Made by a program: the position numbers and the translations under genes
In this document: piece after piece, positions 24,775 to 39,330 of the stretch
How positions within the stretch are numbered: position 1 is the stretch's first letter
How the letters are laid out: every line of letters starts with the position of its first letter
From: Eledone cirrhosa
Taxonomy: Eukaryota
Direction of reading: 5' to 3'
NCBI GenBank assembly: GCA_964016885.1
Contig: OZ024740.1
Coordinates: 29,326,001-29,390,000 of the forward strand
Length of the DNA: 64,000 bases
Notes under the pieces: generated by a model
The model's input: the letters and a program-made list of their open reading frames with translations, nothing else
What the model was told of the DNA's origin: nothing
Databases searched by the model: none

Positions 24775-27700
24775 ATCTAACAATGTATAACAGTTACGCA
24801 GAGAAACTGTTCGAAAAACAGTAATTTTTAGGACGGTCTCAAATGTGTCGAAAAAACCAGTTCAGTTATCCCAAAACGATATTGAACTGGTTCTGAAGAA
24901 TTCCATGAAGGATATTGCCTTCATCCAAAAAGGGAAACTTTTTGGAAGCATTTCGGTGTTGTTGAAAGACCAATTGACAGCACAAAAAATATTCTGTATC
25001 GCCGATTGTATGCCCCCTTTACACCTTTTTCCCCACATATATGGGAAAAAGAAAACAAAAAAGAAAAATTTCGAACATTGCACCAAATGTAAACGTCTGG
25101 TGGATTCTAACTGGCTTCATCGATTTCGACGAAGACACCATCATTTCGGTGGGAAAGTCCTCCAGAGGCACATTCAATGGTACAAGCATGGAAGTTCTGG
25201 TCAAAATGAGGCCAGAACGGATAGCTAAAATACCCCAAATTGTGCCTCTGGATGGAATTTCACACATAAACATTTCTGTTGAGGGTAGGCGGCCTTCATG
25301 TTACCACTGTTTAAGCAGTGGTCACCTGAAGGCTTACTGTCCTCAGTTAAATAAAAAAAAGAGGCAATACAGCCAACACCCAAATCAATAACACAACCAC
25401 CACCACCACCACCACAACAACAACAACAACAACAACACGCAAACACAACCAAAACAAGAATAAAAAACCAACCTGCAAACACAGTCCCACCCAACCCCAC
25501 TCCACCTAAAACCACTGCAAAAACACCCACAAACACAACAGCTCCCCAAAACATACCCCTTCCAAATAACACAGGCACTACAACGGACGAGGCCCCCACA
25601 TCATCACCAAGTGATGATGAGGGAGAGCCTCTCCGTTCGAAAAAAAAGAGAAAAAGACACCACAAGAACAAAAAAACAACAAACATCACTACAAACATAC
25701 CACCACCAACACAAACAACACAAACATTACAAACAAAAACCCCCCGTCCGAAAGCAAAACCACGACATCACTCCAAACACAAACACCTACAACAAAACGA
25801 AAGCTCCCACAAGAACAACAGACAAAAACCACCACAACACAAGAACATTACACATACATAAACAGTAAAAACAAAACTTTAATGGAGGTCATCTCCAACG
25901 ACCTTTCGGTGAAAACCGAATGGAAAACTTTTTCGAACTGTGTAGACAAACTTAACTTAAAGATGATTAGGGTCCTTACGGACACCTATACGTCTTTAAA
26001 GGAAAACTTTCCTAAGGACGTGGGTAATCCTTGTGTTAAACCCATTAACCGCGTCCTATTAAAAAGTTTCCCCACCCTCACCCCACGAACCCCCACCCCA
26101 GACACCCCCACCCCACCAAACATCTCCATCCCCACCCCGCCGGAAACCACCACCCACCCAGACAACTCCTCTAACACCCCATGGAAACCGTGCGGTCTGA
26201 TCCCCGGGAGACGAAGAGGTGAGTGTTTCCTTCTCCTCTTTTAACTTTTCAGAACCAACATGGCCAATATAAGAGTTGGGTGTGTGAATGTACGCGGCCT
26301 GGGGATGCCCTGGAAACAGGGCAAACTCTTAAACGACCTCAGGTCGCACAGTATGGATGTAGTAGCCATTTGCGAGTCCAGAATCCACAGCAAGCGATAG
26401 CTGGCCCCCATCTTCGATGACTTTGAGATCTACGCATCTCTCTGTCAGCCGGGGGGTGGGGGAGGAGTTGCCATTTTGCTGCGGAAACACTTGGGCCTCG
26501 TAACACAGACGGTACATCTGGACCCGGAGGGTCGACTGGTGGTCCTAGACGTTGACGATAGTGAAGGTGGAGTTAGAGCCTTTGGCCAAGATGGAGTTAC
26601 AGACTGTTGGCAAAGAGGCTGGCGCTTCTCGTCCAGAACCTGGTGGGAGAAGTGCAGACATGCGCAATCCCGACCAGGTCCATACACGACAACCTCCACC
26701 TCATGCTATACATCATAGAGAGGGTAGGGTGTAAACCCGGCTTCGGGGGGGGGGGGGGGGCCTGATAAACTTGGATCAGTATAAGGCTTTTGATAGGGTT
26801 GACCATCGTTACCTGGATGCAGTTCTCGAGGCGGCAGGCTTCGGACCCGTGTTCAGGGGCTGGATTGCTGCAATGCATAACAGCAACATCTGCTCAAGGG
26901 TTAAGGTGAACGGCTACCTCTCGGGGCCGTTCCATATCACGCGATCCATTAGACAGGGATACCCTCTCTCCTCCCGTCTGTACGTATTGACTCTTGAGCC
27001 ACTACTGCGGAAGTTGGAGCTGTTGCAGGGCATCCCTATGGAAGCGGGACTGCGGAAAGCGGCGTCGGCCTACGCCGACGACGATACAGTAATGGTGTCG
27101 AGCGCCTCGCAAATCGAGGAAGTCGGCACCTTACTGAAGGAATACGAAAGGTTCACAGGAGCGAAGCTAAACTGGGACAAGTCCATCGGTTTGCAACTCG
27201 GATCGTGGCGAGGCAAACCGATGCCTTCCGATGGCGTCGTCGGACGCTGGACGGAAGGACCGGTGAAGCTGCTCGGGGTCTGGTTTGGTCCGGACCTCCA
27301 GGTGGAGAAGAACTGGAACGAGGTGACGTCCAAGGTGTTTACACTCACCCAGAAGTGGGCCAAGTGCAAACTATCCTTGAAATGTCGAGCGGAAGTGGCG
27401 AACACTTTTATAGTGTCTGTCATCTACTACCGCTTGACCGTCGTGCCTTGTCCCCGTCAAAACGCTCACCAAAATGGAGCGCGCGCTTTTCCAATTCTTT
27501 TGGAAGAAGCGGGCTCCTTTGGTGAGAAGATCCATCTGCTGCCATCACCCTTCCAACGGAGGGCTGGGAATGCCGTGGCTAACGAATCGCAAACACGCGC
27601 TCAGGCTGCGGCATCTCCACGTATTCCTCACCGGACAACCGGTGTGGGCCCCGTTCGTGAGGCGAGCCTTCTCACGACTCATCTTGCTGACCGAACTGCA

Positions 27701-28674
27701 GTCCTGGGTCAAGCAAAGACCGAGGAAAATGGGCGACTGGCACATCGAATGTGCTCAGGCGTCCACAGCCCTCTGGCAGACGGATCCGGCGATCAGTGGA
27801 GACTCCACTTCGTCATTCTATACAGGGTTGGTCCACAGCAAGTGCGACGACGCGCTCGGAGAAATTCAAGACATAGAGGAAGACGAACTGGCCAGTCTGT
27901 TCGGTAGGACCTTCTGCCCGGGACCAAAAGTCCCTGGCCTGGCAGTGCTACCGAGGAGCTCTACCAGTTCGAGACAATCTCTACAGACATGGGCGCCCTG
28001 GCAGGGACCCTTCGAAAAGGATTTGTCCGAGATGCGTGCGAGACGAAGAAACCGTCGCGCACGCATTCGTACACTGCCAGGGCGTTTCCGACCTGTGGGG
28101 CTATGTAGAACGACTATTGTCGCGGGTGGGACCAATCCGGTTGACCACCGAGTCCATTGTCATGATCAAACCGCCACCCTCCTTCAAAAAGGAAGGAGAG
28201 GCGGTTTTCCTATGTGTTATGGCTATGGTGAAAGAGGTTTTATGGTGGACGAGGTTAAACGGGCTGAGGTCAGACACCTTTCTCTCCGGCGAACAACTGA
28301 TTATTTTTTTCAAATACCACTTTGGAAGAAGAATCAGGATGGAGAGAGAGGTGCTGTACCCTAGCAAGTTTTATGAAAGGTGGGTGAAAGTGGCGAGAAT
28401 GGCCCGAGTGCATGGGCCTTCTCTCTATATCAGCCTCTAGGGTGAGGAAAAAGAGGAACAGAGGAAAGGGGTACTTACTCTTCGTACTCCTGGAGATGAA
28501 GGTTGCACATTTTTTCGGGGGTATGTGTTACCCACATGTAATGTCTCCCCCTATTGGGGAAATTCGATTAATTTTTAAATTGCATTTGTGATATTATTTT
28601 ACGTTTTTATTGTATGTAAACTTCCCACTTTGTATTTGTCCCCTTCTTTTGTGCCCCTGTGGCTAATAAAGAAA

Positions 28675-28676
<2 letters not shown>
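24775..28676 (+). mobile_element. Tx1/L1-clade non-LTR retrotransposon, internally deleted and frameshifted, with 3' end in (TC)n
   Basis: ORF1 starts MYNSYAEK (24784) and has a CCHC knuckle (CYHCLSSGHLKAYC). ORF2 starts MANIRVGCVNVRGL (APE); RT motifs LDQYKAFDRV, RQGYPLS, AYADD, LLGVWF; C-terminal C..C..EETVAHAF..C; aataaa then (TC)n. Confidence 0.9.
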
Positions 28677-28736
<60 letters not shown>

Positions 28737-28751
28737 CCTCTCTCTCTCTCC

Positions 28752-28794
<43 letters not shown>

Positions 28795-28829
28795 ATATAT
28801 ATATATATATATATACATTTTGAGTATAT

Positions 28830-30676
28830 GTTGGTTGTTTACAGAACAACATAATACCTACAAACCCTAGCAGCAATAGTAATAATACTAATGAAATCAA
28901 TAACAATAGGAACGACAACCATCATTACCCTAATGCTATCCATAGCGCACCAGACTTCTACACAACATAATAACCGACAAGATAACATCCAAAATAAATG
29001 TAACTGTAGATCAAATAGAACTTGCGCATTAGGTAATAATTGCTTAATCAAAGACATCATTTACTCCTGCACGGTCAACACAAACAACTCTTCTAAAACG
29101 TATATTGGCTCTACTTCGAACTGCTTCAAGACGAGATACAACTCGCACCTCTACTCTTTCAAAAAACACAATCTCGGCAGCTCCACTTCATTATCTAGCT
29201 ACATACACTCTCTGAAAACTAGGAATAGACCATATACACTTCAATGGGAAGTGGTAGGTAGGGTTACATCGTATAAACCACTGAATATATTTTGTAACCT
29301 CTGTCTTCTAGAGACCCGTACTATAATCTTTTCGAAACTAAACCTCCTAAATAAAAAGTCAGAGATATTTTCCTCGTGCCAGCACCACTTCCGACACTCA
29401 TTCGATAGCTTTAAACCTAGCCGCTAGTATATAACAATGTCAGATTTGAATTCCTCGCCACCATTAACACCTCACCTCTAAGACTTTTCTCCCCCCACAG
29501 CATCACACTCTTTGATCTGCTCTTTCCTCTATACAAATCCTATTTATCTCAAACATTATACTCTACAATAACTATTAGAAATAAACATATAGTCACCACC
29601 TTTTAATATAAATACTTTAGATTACTTATAATATATACAGTAATTGATATATAATATGTATAAACATTAAATGTAATATGTTACAATGAATTATATATAC
29701 ATTTATAATTAAATGTATAAATTAATAACATTGTATATAAAGGATTAAATTATTAACATAAGGGGTTTATCTAATTTAAAATGTAAACAGCTATACATTA
29801 TTCCATATCTTGCCTAATATTGGGTAGATAACAATCTAATGAAACCTTTAATATATTATGAGAGAGTAGACTGTATTCAATTGTGACACTATATAATGTC
29901 TATTAGAACAAAGATTTTAAATAGTTTAATGAGCTAGTCACCTCCCCTTACGCATTAGCTCCCCTTAATTTTTTATCTCATATCTCATATCCACTTCCGG
30001 ATATTAAACTGTTAGAAAATCTCGTTGTAGAACAACTCTAATCCATGAATATGAATGCAATAAGACCAAGTTACAATCCATTACTATAACTAACTAAAAA
30101 CATTCAATACAAACATTAACTAAAATATAACTTTCATATTCTACACACATACAAATTTGAACTCTACAGAAACTATCATCGCATTACATCCTCCATAATA
30201 CACTAACACATTCGCTTAAAGTTCTTGTATTTTATGTAATACCTTGCCATACAGTATTCATATATGCCTAATACCTTTGCTTGTTTCCTTCTCATATATA
30301 TGACTAACGCATGTGCAATCTTTACACGCTTGAATATGTACTTCTTTCTCAATGCCTCTTTAATTATTAGACTATTCTCTTGTATTATCTGTCGCATGTA
30401 TTCCACTATGTGCTTTTAATTTAATTTGAATTTGAATTTGAATTATTGTACAATTCTCGTATAGTATAATATATGTCGCATCCATTACACCGTGTAAATA
30501 CTAAACTGCTGTTCACAACATCAATATATATGTATCTATATGATTGTTCAGTTGAATAGGGGGTTAATTATATGTACAAACATTGATAATGCTCTGATGA
30601 CTCCAAACTAAAGTTTGGAAGAAACAATTGTCAGCTATTAAATGATTTGAACATAACTTTGATAATTGTGTAATTT
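28830..30676 (+). mobile_element. PLE 3' fragment related to family E: GIY-YIG, 3' UTR and HHR
   Basis: ORF 28891-29427 (CNCR..C.L.NNC, IIY...YIGST, CNLC..E, SCQH). UTR is similar to 21300-23020 and ends in (TA)n. Confidence 0.88.
30591..30635 (+). ncRNA. Canonical-core type I hammerhead ribozyme
   Basis: gct CTGATGA c tccaaac taaa gtttgga a GAAAC AATT GTC^ agc; full consensus core and GUC cleavage triplet. Confidence 0.88.
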
Positions 30677-31002
30677 ATATATATATATATATATATATTC
30701 GTCAATAAGTTAAGACCTCAGGCTAAAATAGATGGGAAGAAGAGAGCCAGCTTGACCAGGAGGTATGGGCCTACAGTTTTAGATCTGCTGCAAGATTGGG
30801 GGTCATCACATCTGGCCTGAGCAGAGACGCAGCTTCATGTGGGGCTCCATGTTAACAGCTTTACCTGGGTCTATATTATATATTTAGCTTGGGGCTATTA
30901 TCATAATTTTTAAGGGCGGGTTGCATAAAGCTCAGTCGTAAATAAAAGGAGATATTAGGCCCCTAAGCTTGCTAATAAATCATTTTTTACAGTCGCTACG
31001 TG

Positions 31003-31325
31003 TGGAGGAGCATGGATTTGGGGTTAGGATATTCGGCTCACGATCGTAAGGTTGTGAGTTCAATTCCCAGCGGTACGTTTTGTCTTTGAAAAAGACACTT
31101 TATTTTATGTTGCTTCAGTCCACTCTGCTGGCAAAAATGAGTTGTACCTGTAATTGGAAGGGCCAGCCTTGTCACATTCTGTGTCATGCTGAATCTCCCT
31201 GAGAACTATGTTAAGGGTACGCTTGTTTGTGGAATGCTCAGCCACTTTCACGTTAATTTCACGAGCGAACTGTTCCGCTGATAGTATCAACAGGAAAACT
31301 CGTCGTCGTAACCGACGGAGTTGCT
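31003..31325 (+). mobile_element. tRNA-derived SINE (same head as 7668-7948)
   Basis: Degenerate A/B boxes (gagttcaattcc) followed by tgtctttgaaaaagacactttattttatgttgcttcagtccactc. Confidence 0.7.
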
Positions 31326-31494
31326 CTTCTACTACAATTGCTACGTGATAAAAGGTTTATGTGGAATGTTGCACATCCATGAATACACTACAGTATTAAC
31401 ATAATAGAGTTTCTACTTTTGGCACAGAGCCAGCGATTACACCAGTGCATCACTGGTACTTTACTTTATAGACCTCGTAAGGATGAAAGGTAGA

Positions 31495-31532
31495 TGTTGA
31501 AGATGATGATGATGGTAATGACGATGACGATG

Positions 31533-31563
<31 letters not shown>

Positions 31564-31782
31564 AGATGATGATGGTAATGACGATGATGATGATGATGAT
31601 GATGTTGAAGATGATGATGGTAATGACGATGATGATGATGATGATGGTGATGGTGATGATGATGATGATGATGGTAATGACGATGATGATGATGGTAATG
31701 ACGATGATGATGATGATGATGGTGATGGTGATGATGATGATGATGATGGTAATGACGATGATGATAATGATGGTGATGATGG

Positions 31783-31814
<32 letters not shown>

Positions 31815-31870
31815 GTGATGATGATGGTAATGACGATGATGATGTTGATGACAACAATAGCAACAACAAC
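31495..31870. repeat. (ATG)n-based compound trinucleotide repeat interrupting a SINE
   Basis: gatgatgat/gtaatgacg units; minus-strand SINE fragments on both sides (31405-31490, 31905-32030). Confidence 0.9.
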
Positions 31871-32192
31871 TATCAATTACTCTAGTAAAATTATATTGAT
31901 AATAATTGTTTCTACCTTTGGCACAAAGCCAGCAAAGTTAACCTCGGCGGGATTTGGACTCAGAACGTAAAGGGCCGTAACTATATGCTCCAAAGCATGG
32001 TGTCTGACGCTCTACCGATACTGCCAATCCAACGAACATAATAGACGTGTGCATACTGAAGCAGTTAAGTTAAATTTGTAACCAGGGCACTCCGGATTCG
32101 CTGCACTTTAGGCAAACATTTCTACTTCGGATTGACCAAAACATTGTGGGTGAAAATTGTTCGAAGGAAATCGTGCGGAACCCCACGATAAA

Positions 32193-32252
<60 letters not shown>

Positions 32253-32535
32253 GCGCATGTGTGTTCGCGTGTACTAGTGTGTGTGACTATGTGTTAGTTT
32301 ACATGTTTTAGTTTATGTATGTTTAAATACGTATATACGCACATACATGTGTAAGTGTTTGTGTATGCATAAACATACGTATATATATATGCATAAACAT
32401 GCGTATATATATATGCATAAACACACGTATATATATGCATAAATATACGTATATAGAGCCACATAAATATATATATGTGGCTATATTTATATATATGTGC
32501 GTGCGTGAGTTGCGTGTATATATATATATATATAA

Positions 32536-32568
<33 letters not shown>

Positions 32569-32644
32569 TACATACATATAAACACACAATACACACACAA
32601 ACACAACTAAATGTGTATGTGTGTGTATATATATATATATATAA

Positions 32645-32683
<39 letters not shown>

Positions 32684-32844
32684 CATACATATAAACACAC
32701 AATACACACACAAACACAACTAAATGTGTATGTGTGTGTATATATATATATATATATGTGTGTGCATATGTGTGTGTTTGTGTATGAAATGGAGGGAGGA
32801 TGTTTGCAAAAGCCGTTTTGCCTCTTCGACTGGAACATTTCACA

Positions 32845-32942
<98 letters not shown>

Positions 32943-33165
32943 ACACTCACAGAAATCTGTAAAACTCCTAAATTCCATTAAGTTATCCAACCAGTGATCA
33001 AATATAAACAACAAATCTAAAGACAAACCAACCAAGGCGCTGACCTCAGACTTCTCCTACAAAAATCTTATTAAAGATTTGCTATTTATTTTTTATAGAA
33101 TTTTTTGGCGCGATGTTGTGGGTGATGGCAGGGGAGGTTACGGTGGTGGTGCTCATGGTATTCCA

Positions 33166-33213
<48 letters not shown>

Positions 33214-33355
33214 ATGCATATATATGTATATAATATATACGTATATATATATATATGGCCGGAATCTAATGATTGAAAACCCCCAAAAGATTATATACAT
33301 ATACATATGTATATATAAATATATATATATATATACATTTATATATATTTATTTA

Positions 33356-33398
<43 letters not shown>

Positions 33399-33531
33399 GA
33401 TCACAATACGTACTTGCGTACACAGATAATTTTTTTATAAATATATATACGTGTATATATTTAATGCATAAATATGTGTATGTATGTAATACGTGCGTGC
33501 GTTTATGTAACTATTTATCTATCTGTATATC

Positions 33532-33580
<49 letters not shown>

Positions 33581-33652
33581 GTGTGTGTGTGTTTGTGTGT
33601 AGAGATATAGATATACAGATAGATAAATAGTTACATAAACGCACGCACATAT

Positions 33653-33697
<45 letters not shown>

Positions 33698-34093
33698 AGA
33701 GAGAGAGAGAGTAAGAGAGAGATTGGTGGATATGTAGCTAGCTAGATAGATAGGGATGTATGTGGGAAAGTGGGGAGGTAGGTAAGTATTAATGCTCCAT
33801 GAGACATAGGTATTAACTATAACATCGAACCGACAGAGACGTAATATAAGCAAGATAATCAAGACTGGCCTTCCATACTATTGATTTTATTTGATCAATG
33901 CTGGATTTATTGAATACATCAAAAGACGAAATGTTGGTAGCAGCAGACATACAGACACACGTGCAAACAATCGCACGCACACGCATACACATAAACACAC
34001 GGACACTCCTTACGACCATGCACATATATGTGTGTGTATGTTTGTTTCAGTTAAATTCATTCTCCAACTATATATCTATATATATATATATAT

Positions 34094-34144
34094 ACTTGAA
34101 TGTAATTATGCACGTGTTACTATGCCTTCTATGTTGTGTGGATA

Positions 34145-34207
<63 letters not shown>

Positions 34208-34253
34208 ACACAACATAGAAGGCATAGTAACACGTGCATAATCACATTCAAGT
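34094..34253. repeat. 48-bp-arm inverted repeat centred on a (TA)n tract
   Basis: acttgaatgtaattatgcacgtgttactatgccttctatgttgtgtgg ...(TA)n... reverse complement with one mismatch. Confidence 0.9.
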
Positions 34254-35414
34254 ATATATATATATATATATTTGCAAATTTTTGCAATAACTACACATGC
34301 TGAATTCACTGGCCAAAATAGGGGTTTTCTCCCCTTAGAATCTCACATGTGCTTTCATAACCTGCGAGATTCTGGCGCAAGAAGAACAAAAATCTGTTGA
34401 GAAAGCGATGCCTTGTTCGATCATTATATCAAAAGCTTTATTTTTATAAGCAGACAGTATTATTGATTTAGATGTTGCAGAAACCCAATTTCGGAGTATT
34501 CCATCTTCCCCGAGGGCCCGGGTAAATATTTCAATCATATCTCATTTTGTTTGACCCGTTTAGCTTCTTCACTTTTTTGGCTATGGTGGTTAATGGCTTC
34601 TTAACCATCGTCTCAGCGTGTATGACCATTTTAACTTATGTTTATAGCTCTGGAATCTTCTTCATATCCATGGAGCGCTTGTCTGCACAATATGGAAGTT
34701 GCGTTTCGCTATGATCTAGTGTTCCACTGTTCGCAACCGAGACATCCTTTTGTTCTTCTCTGCCATTTTACATATGTACTAACGTTTCTGTTCTGTATAT
34801 GTACATGTTCTTCTGCTTGTCTCACTATATAGACACATATGGTGGAGGAAAACTATATACTATATATATATATATGAATAAAATTAGTCCTTCATCAGTG
34901 ATCTTCCAGCCTTCATTGGTATTTCATCAGTTTAACCTCTGGTTGGTGCGAGCAACGGCTAAAGAAAGTCGTTGGGACACGTAAATAGGGGGAACGAGCG
35001 AGACAGTAAACAAACACAGATGGTAATGCATATATATATATATATATATATTAAAACGTGGTTCTGTCTTTGCGTGTAATTGTTTTTCACCGCTCCTATT
35101 AATAACGTATTATATTCGTTTTTTCCCGTTCTTTGCCAGGGAACGTTTCCACGAACCAAAGTATCGTCTTCCTGTCTTCCTCCGGTTGCAACGTTTTTTG
35201 AAATATCCACTTCTGCGTTTACAGATTGACTTTGTTAGTTTCAGAAGATCCGGTTAAGGGTGAAAGCAACGATTCTTTGCTTAAACTTTAATCTGTTATT
35301 TTAATAAATATTTGCTCTACGGTTCTTATATATTTGATATATATTTATCCTTATCGAGCCCTCTTTGGATTTTAGTCTTCAAATTTATTATTATTACTAT
35401 ATATATATATATAT

Positions 35415-36875
35415 ATTGTTATACTTTGGGAGGGTCATGTTGCCAATAAGAAACACACGCACCAGTTGCTTTCACTTCAATTTATTATAATAAATTTATA
35501 AATTTAGGAATTGACAAATTTCTGGTTGGTTGGTTGGTTGGTTCCACAACCAGATAGTTGTTTATATATTATCAAAGTTCTTTCGTCACACATTCTGTGA
35601 CCTCTTCAGTGACTGTGATTCTTTTCTTTGTTTTTGTGCCTCTCCTTTGTTCTGTCCTACGCCATTTTGTTTCTGTGTGTGTGTTGTGTGCTCAGTCTGC
35701 GCATGCGCCACATCCGGGTGTCTGTGTGTGTTTATATTTGTTTATTTATTTGTTTATTTACATGTTACCGGTTGGTTGTTTGTTCTATGTGTGTATAGGA
35801 GCAAATTTTGGAATAGAATAGAAAGAACTAGGAATAAGACTAATAGAATAAACTCATGGTATGATAGCAATAAATACCAGAGTGTAATGTTCATCGATAC
35901 AACCCCTAGAGGTGAATTAGCTTACAAATTTAGAAGGGCCCTAGATAAACATAAACTCAATATTAAGATAGTAGAAAGACCAGGTACCTCCGTAAAAACA
36001 CTTATTAGCAAGACATACCCTTTCCAAAGACCCCCTGTATAGATAAGAAATGTATAACCTGTAAAATAAGCCCCCATATTAACTGTAAAACTAGAAATGT
36101 AGTATATAGCATAAGATGTACTGAAGGACAATGTAGAGTTAAAAATATAGTGTACATAGGTGAGACAGCTCGTAGTGTAGGGCAAAGGATAAATGAACAC
36201 TGGCGAGACCTTCAAGATAGTAAAGAATCATCTGTACTCTACCAACATGCTAAAATAGAACATAAGGGTAGATTAGAGAACATAGAAATAAAAATAGAAT
36301 CTACACACAGAAAAGACGCAATGTTTAGACAAATCACAGGGGCAATAAACATAAAAGAATTACAACCAAAATTAAATAGAAAATATGAGTGGAACAGCAA
36401 CATCACAACTTAAAATTAAGGACAAAATGAAAACACACACACACATAGAACAAACAACCAACCGGTAACATGTAAATAAACAAATAAATAAACAAATATA
36501 AATACACACAGACACCCGGATGTGGCGCATGCGCAGAGTGAGCACACAACACACACACAGAAACAAAATGGCGTAGGACAGAACAAAGGAGAGGCACAAA
36601 AACAAAGAAAAGAATCCCCAGTCACTGAAGAGGTGACAGAATGTGTGACGAAAGAACTTTGACAATATATAAACAACTATCTGGTTGTGGAACCAACCAA
36701 CCAACCAACCAGAAATTTATAAATTCCTAAATTTATAAATTTATTATAATAAATTGAAGTGAAAGCAACTGGTGCGTGTGTTTCTTATTGGCAACATGAC
36801 CCTCCCAAAGTATAACAATATCGGTTTCAACACACGATTTCAGATAAAGAATCTTGCTAAACAAATTCAGAAACG

Positions 36876-36878
<3 letters not shown>
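35415..36878. mobile_element. PLE family B head-to-head pair (minus arm 35415-~35792, plus arm ~35792-36878)
   Basis: Plus arm carries thumb end and GIY-YIG (36150-36413); HHR motifs at 35571-35613 (-) and 36621-36663 (+); both ends in (TA)n. Confidence 0.92.
36621..36663 (+). ncRNA. Minimal hammerhead ribozyme motif (family B)
   Basis: gtca CTGAAGA ggtgacagaatgtgtgac GAAA GAAC TT^ tgac. Confidence 0.6.
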
Positions 36879-36916
<38 letters not shown>

Positions 36917-37048
36917 AGACACACCACAACAGAAAAACAAACTCTCCATCTCAATTTTACTTTTGATAATCTTAGGAACTGCGAAGCCGGTAAAGAAAAT
37001 AATTACTCTTAAAAGACTCCAGTAGCATTTTCAATTTCCTTTCCTGAA

Positions 37049-37079
<31 letters not shown>

Positions 37080-37081
<2 letters not shown>

Positions 37082-37525
37082 ATATTAATTCAAAATATTA
37101 ACAAAATAGATATTCTTGTGATCAAGTATATTTTATTATACATATTTCAGAGGTACTGAGTTAACTTCAACAGTACGTCCTCATCAGATAAAATAAGATG
37201 ATGCATGACATACCCTGACATAGTAGATGGTTAAGATTCAGTCATGGTAGTGAACAACCATGACTGAATCTTAACCATCTACTATGTCAGGGTATGTCAT
37301 GTTTATGTCATGCATCATCTTATTTTATCTGATGAGGACCTACTGTTGAAGTTAACTCAGTACCTCTGAAATATGTATAATAAAATATACTTGATCACAA
37401 GAATATCTATTTTGTTAATATTTTGAATTAATATTAATAACTCCAGAAAACCTAACTGTTGAGTGCTTCCAATCTATTGTAAAACTCATTCTTTGATTTA
37501 TTCATTGAACCTTGTTTAACCTTTA
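37080..37525. mobile_element. ORF-less head-to-head HHR element (~170-bp inverted arms, 8-nt spacer)
   Basis: 37080-37248 mirrors 37257-37435; both ends in (TA)n; HHR on each arm. Confidence 0.85.
37321..37387 (+). ncRNA. Type I hammerhead ribozyme (mirror copy at 37129-37195 minus)
   Basis: tattttat CTGATGA gga..tactg ttgaagttaact cagta cctct GAAA T ATGT A TA^ ataaaata. Confidence 0.8.
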
Positions 37526-37527
37526 AA

Positions 37528-37584
<57 letters not shown>

Positions 37585-37937
37585 GAATGAGTTTCTGAAC
37601 ATTTCTGATAGGAGCCGCAATTATATAAGGCGCTCTAAGCACTATAAGAGAATTTACATATTTATTACATATAGGAATGACTTCTACATGACTAGAACTG
37701 TTTCGCTCGTATAAACTCATCAGGAATGTTAATTAAAAACACAAGGCGTGTGTTTGTGTGTGAATATGTATGCGTTTGAGACACAGACAGTGGGTATGTA
37801 TATATGAGTTTGTGGATTATATTTGCGTCTGTTAAATATCTCTGTTTGTGACTGTATGTGTCTTCAGTTAGTGTGTGGACAGGCGTATGTCTACATGTGT
37901 GTATATGTATATGAGTAGGAGAGAATGGGGTAAAGAT

Positions 37938-38003
<66 letters not shown>

Positions 38004-38130
38004 ACATACGTTCGCATTTATAAACACGAAAAAGTCTGTGCAATACAAGAATATAGAATTTTGTATATTTATTATATTACCGAGATGTCTCTCTGTTGCA
38101 GCAGTGAATTTTATTGTACCCCACCCCCAC

Positions 38131-38245
<115 letters not shown>

Positions 38246-38312
38246 TACACGCAGGCATATATGTTTGTGATTGCGTGTACGCCTGTATGCTAGTGAAATT
38301 TTAAATTAACTA

Positions 38313-38730
38313 TTGTTTCGTCATAGAAGTAAAAATCAATATTCGTGTAGCCACCAACAAAACAAAACAGATATGCCCACTAGACGAATCCTGCAATGTG
38401 GAGACAATCAGTTTTTAATCAGTGATTACAACTCAATAGAGACACCTATGTGCTACATAGGTGTGGCGGACGGAAAATTCATACAAAGAATTTGTATTTA
38501 TACATACTCATTTAAACTCATGTGAAAACAACATTTCTAAATTACTTGAGTATTCAATGGACAATCTTGAGAATGTCTATACCATACTAAATTGTATGTG
38601 GAGATAGAAGATGTTCTCTCTGCTGCAGGGAATAGAAAAATAATCCAAATATTTCATAAATAAAAACTCTATATACACAAAAAATCAGTTATACTCAGAC
38701 ACTGCAAACGTTTTGGAAAGTATCGCTAAA
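38313..38730 (+). pseudogene. Highly decayed Naiad-like PLE GIY-YIG relic
   Basis: CPLDESC and CYIGVADGKF.QR...Y.YSF fragments in shifted frames. Confidence 0.5.
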
Positions 38731-39330
38731 GTAACCAAGGAAACACCGTTTTCTTCCGTCATAAACACTGCAGATAGCTGCACTTTTATTGCCTCTGCAC
38801 AGATTTTCTTAGTTTTCTCCTCTTCCAACTTTCCTCACAAAATCATTCAGGTATTTTAATGCTACTTTCCTTCACGCATCTAGCTTCCCCCTTTGGTACC
38901 CATATTATTCTACGCCCATTTTGATGGAAGGTATTCTCTGTGAAATATATTTCAATCGTCTTTTAGTTCGGAAAACAAAACCTGTTTATCTCACACAGAT
39001 TAAAGTCCGGCTCTAGACAGTTTCAGCATAAAACCGTATTTACTGTATATATTTTTCTATCACAAAATAAATAAATAAATCTCTCTTCATGTCTTCTTTC
39101 CTATTTCCCGCGTTTTCTCCTTCCTATATATATATATTCAATATATATATATATTCAATAGAAAATCTTGAGAATGTCTATACCATACTAACTTGTATGT
39201 GGAGATTGAAGATGTACTGTGTGCAGCAGGGAATATTAATGCAGGGAAAATTAAAATAACAGATTAAAGTTTAAGCAAAGAATCGCTTTTAGACTTCACA
39301 TTTATTATTATTATTATATATATATATAAA

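Noticed and set aside
34880-34990. HHR in the repeat shared with 45275-45395 (minus-strand CTGATGA/CTGACGA)
   Set aside because: Only the first half of the core is present; no GAAA/UH or closing stems were found.
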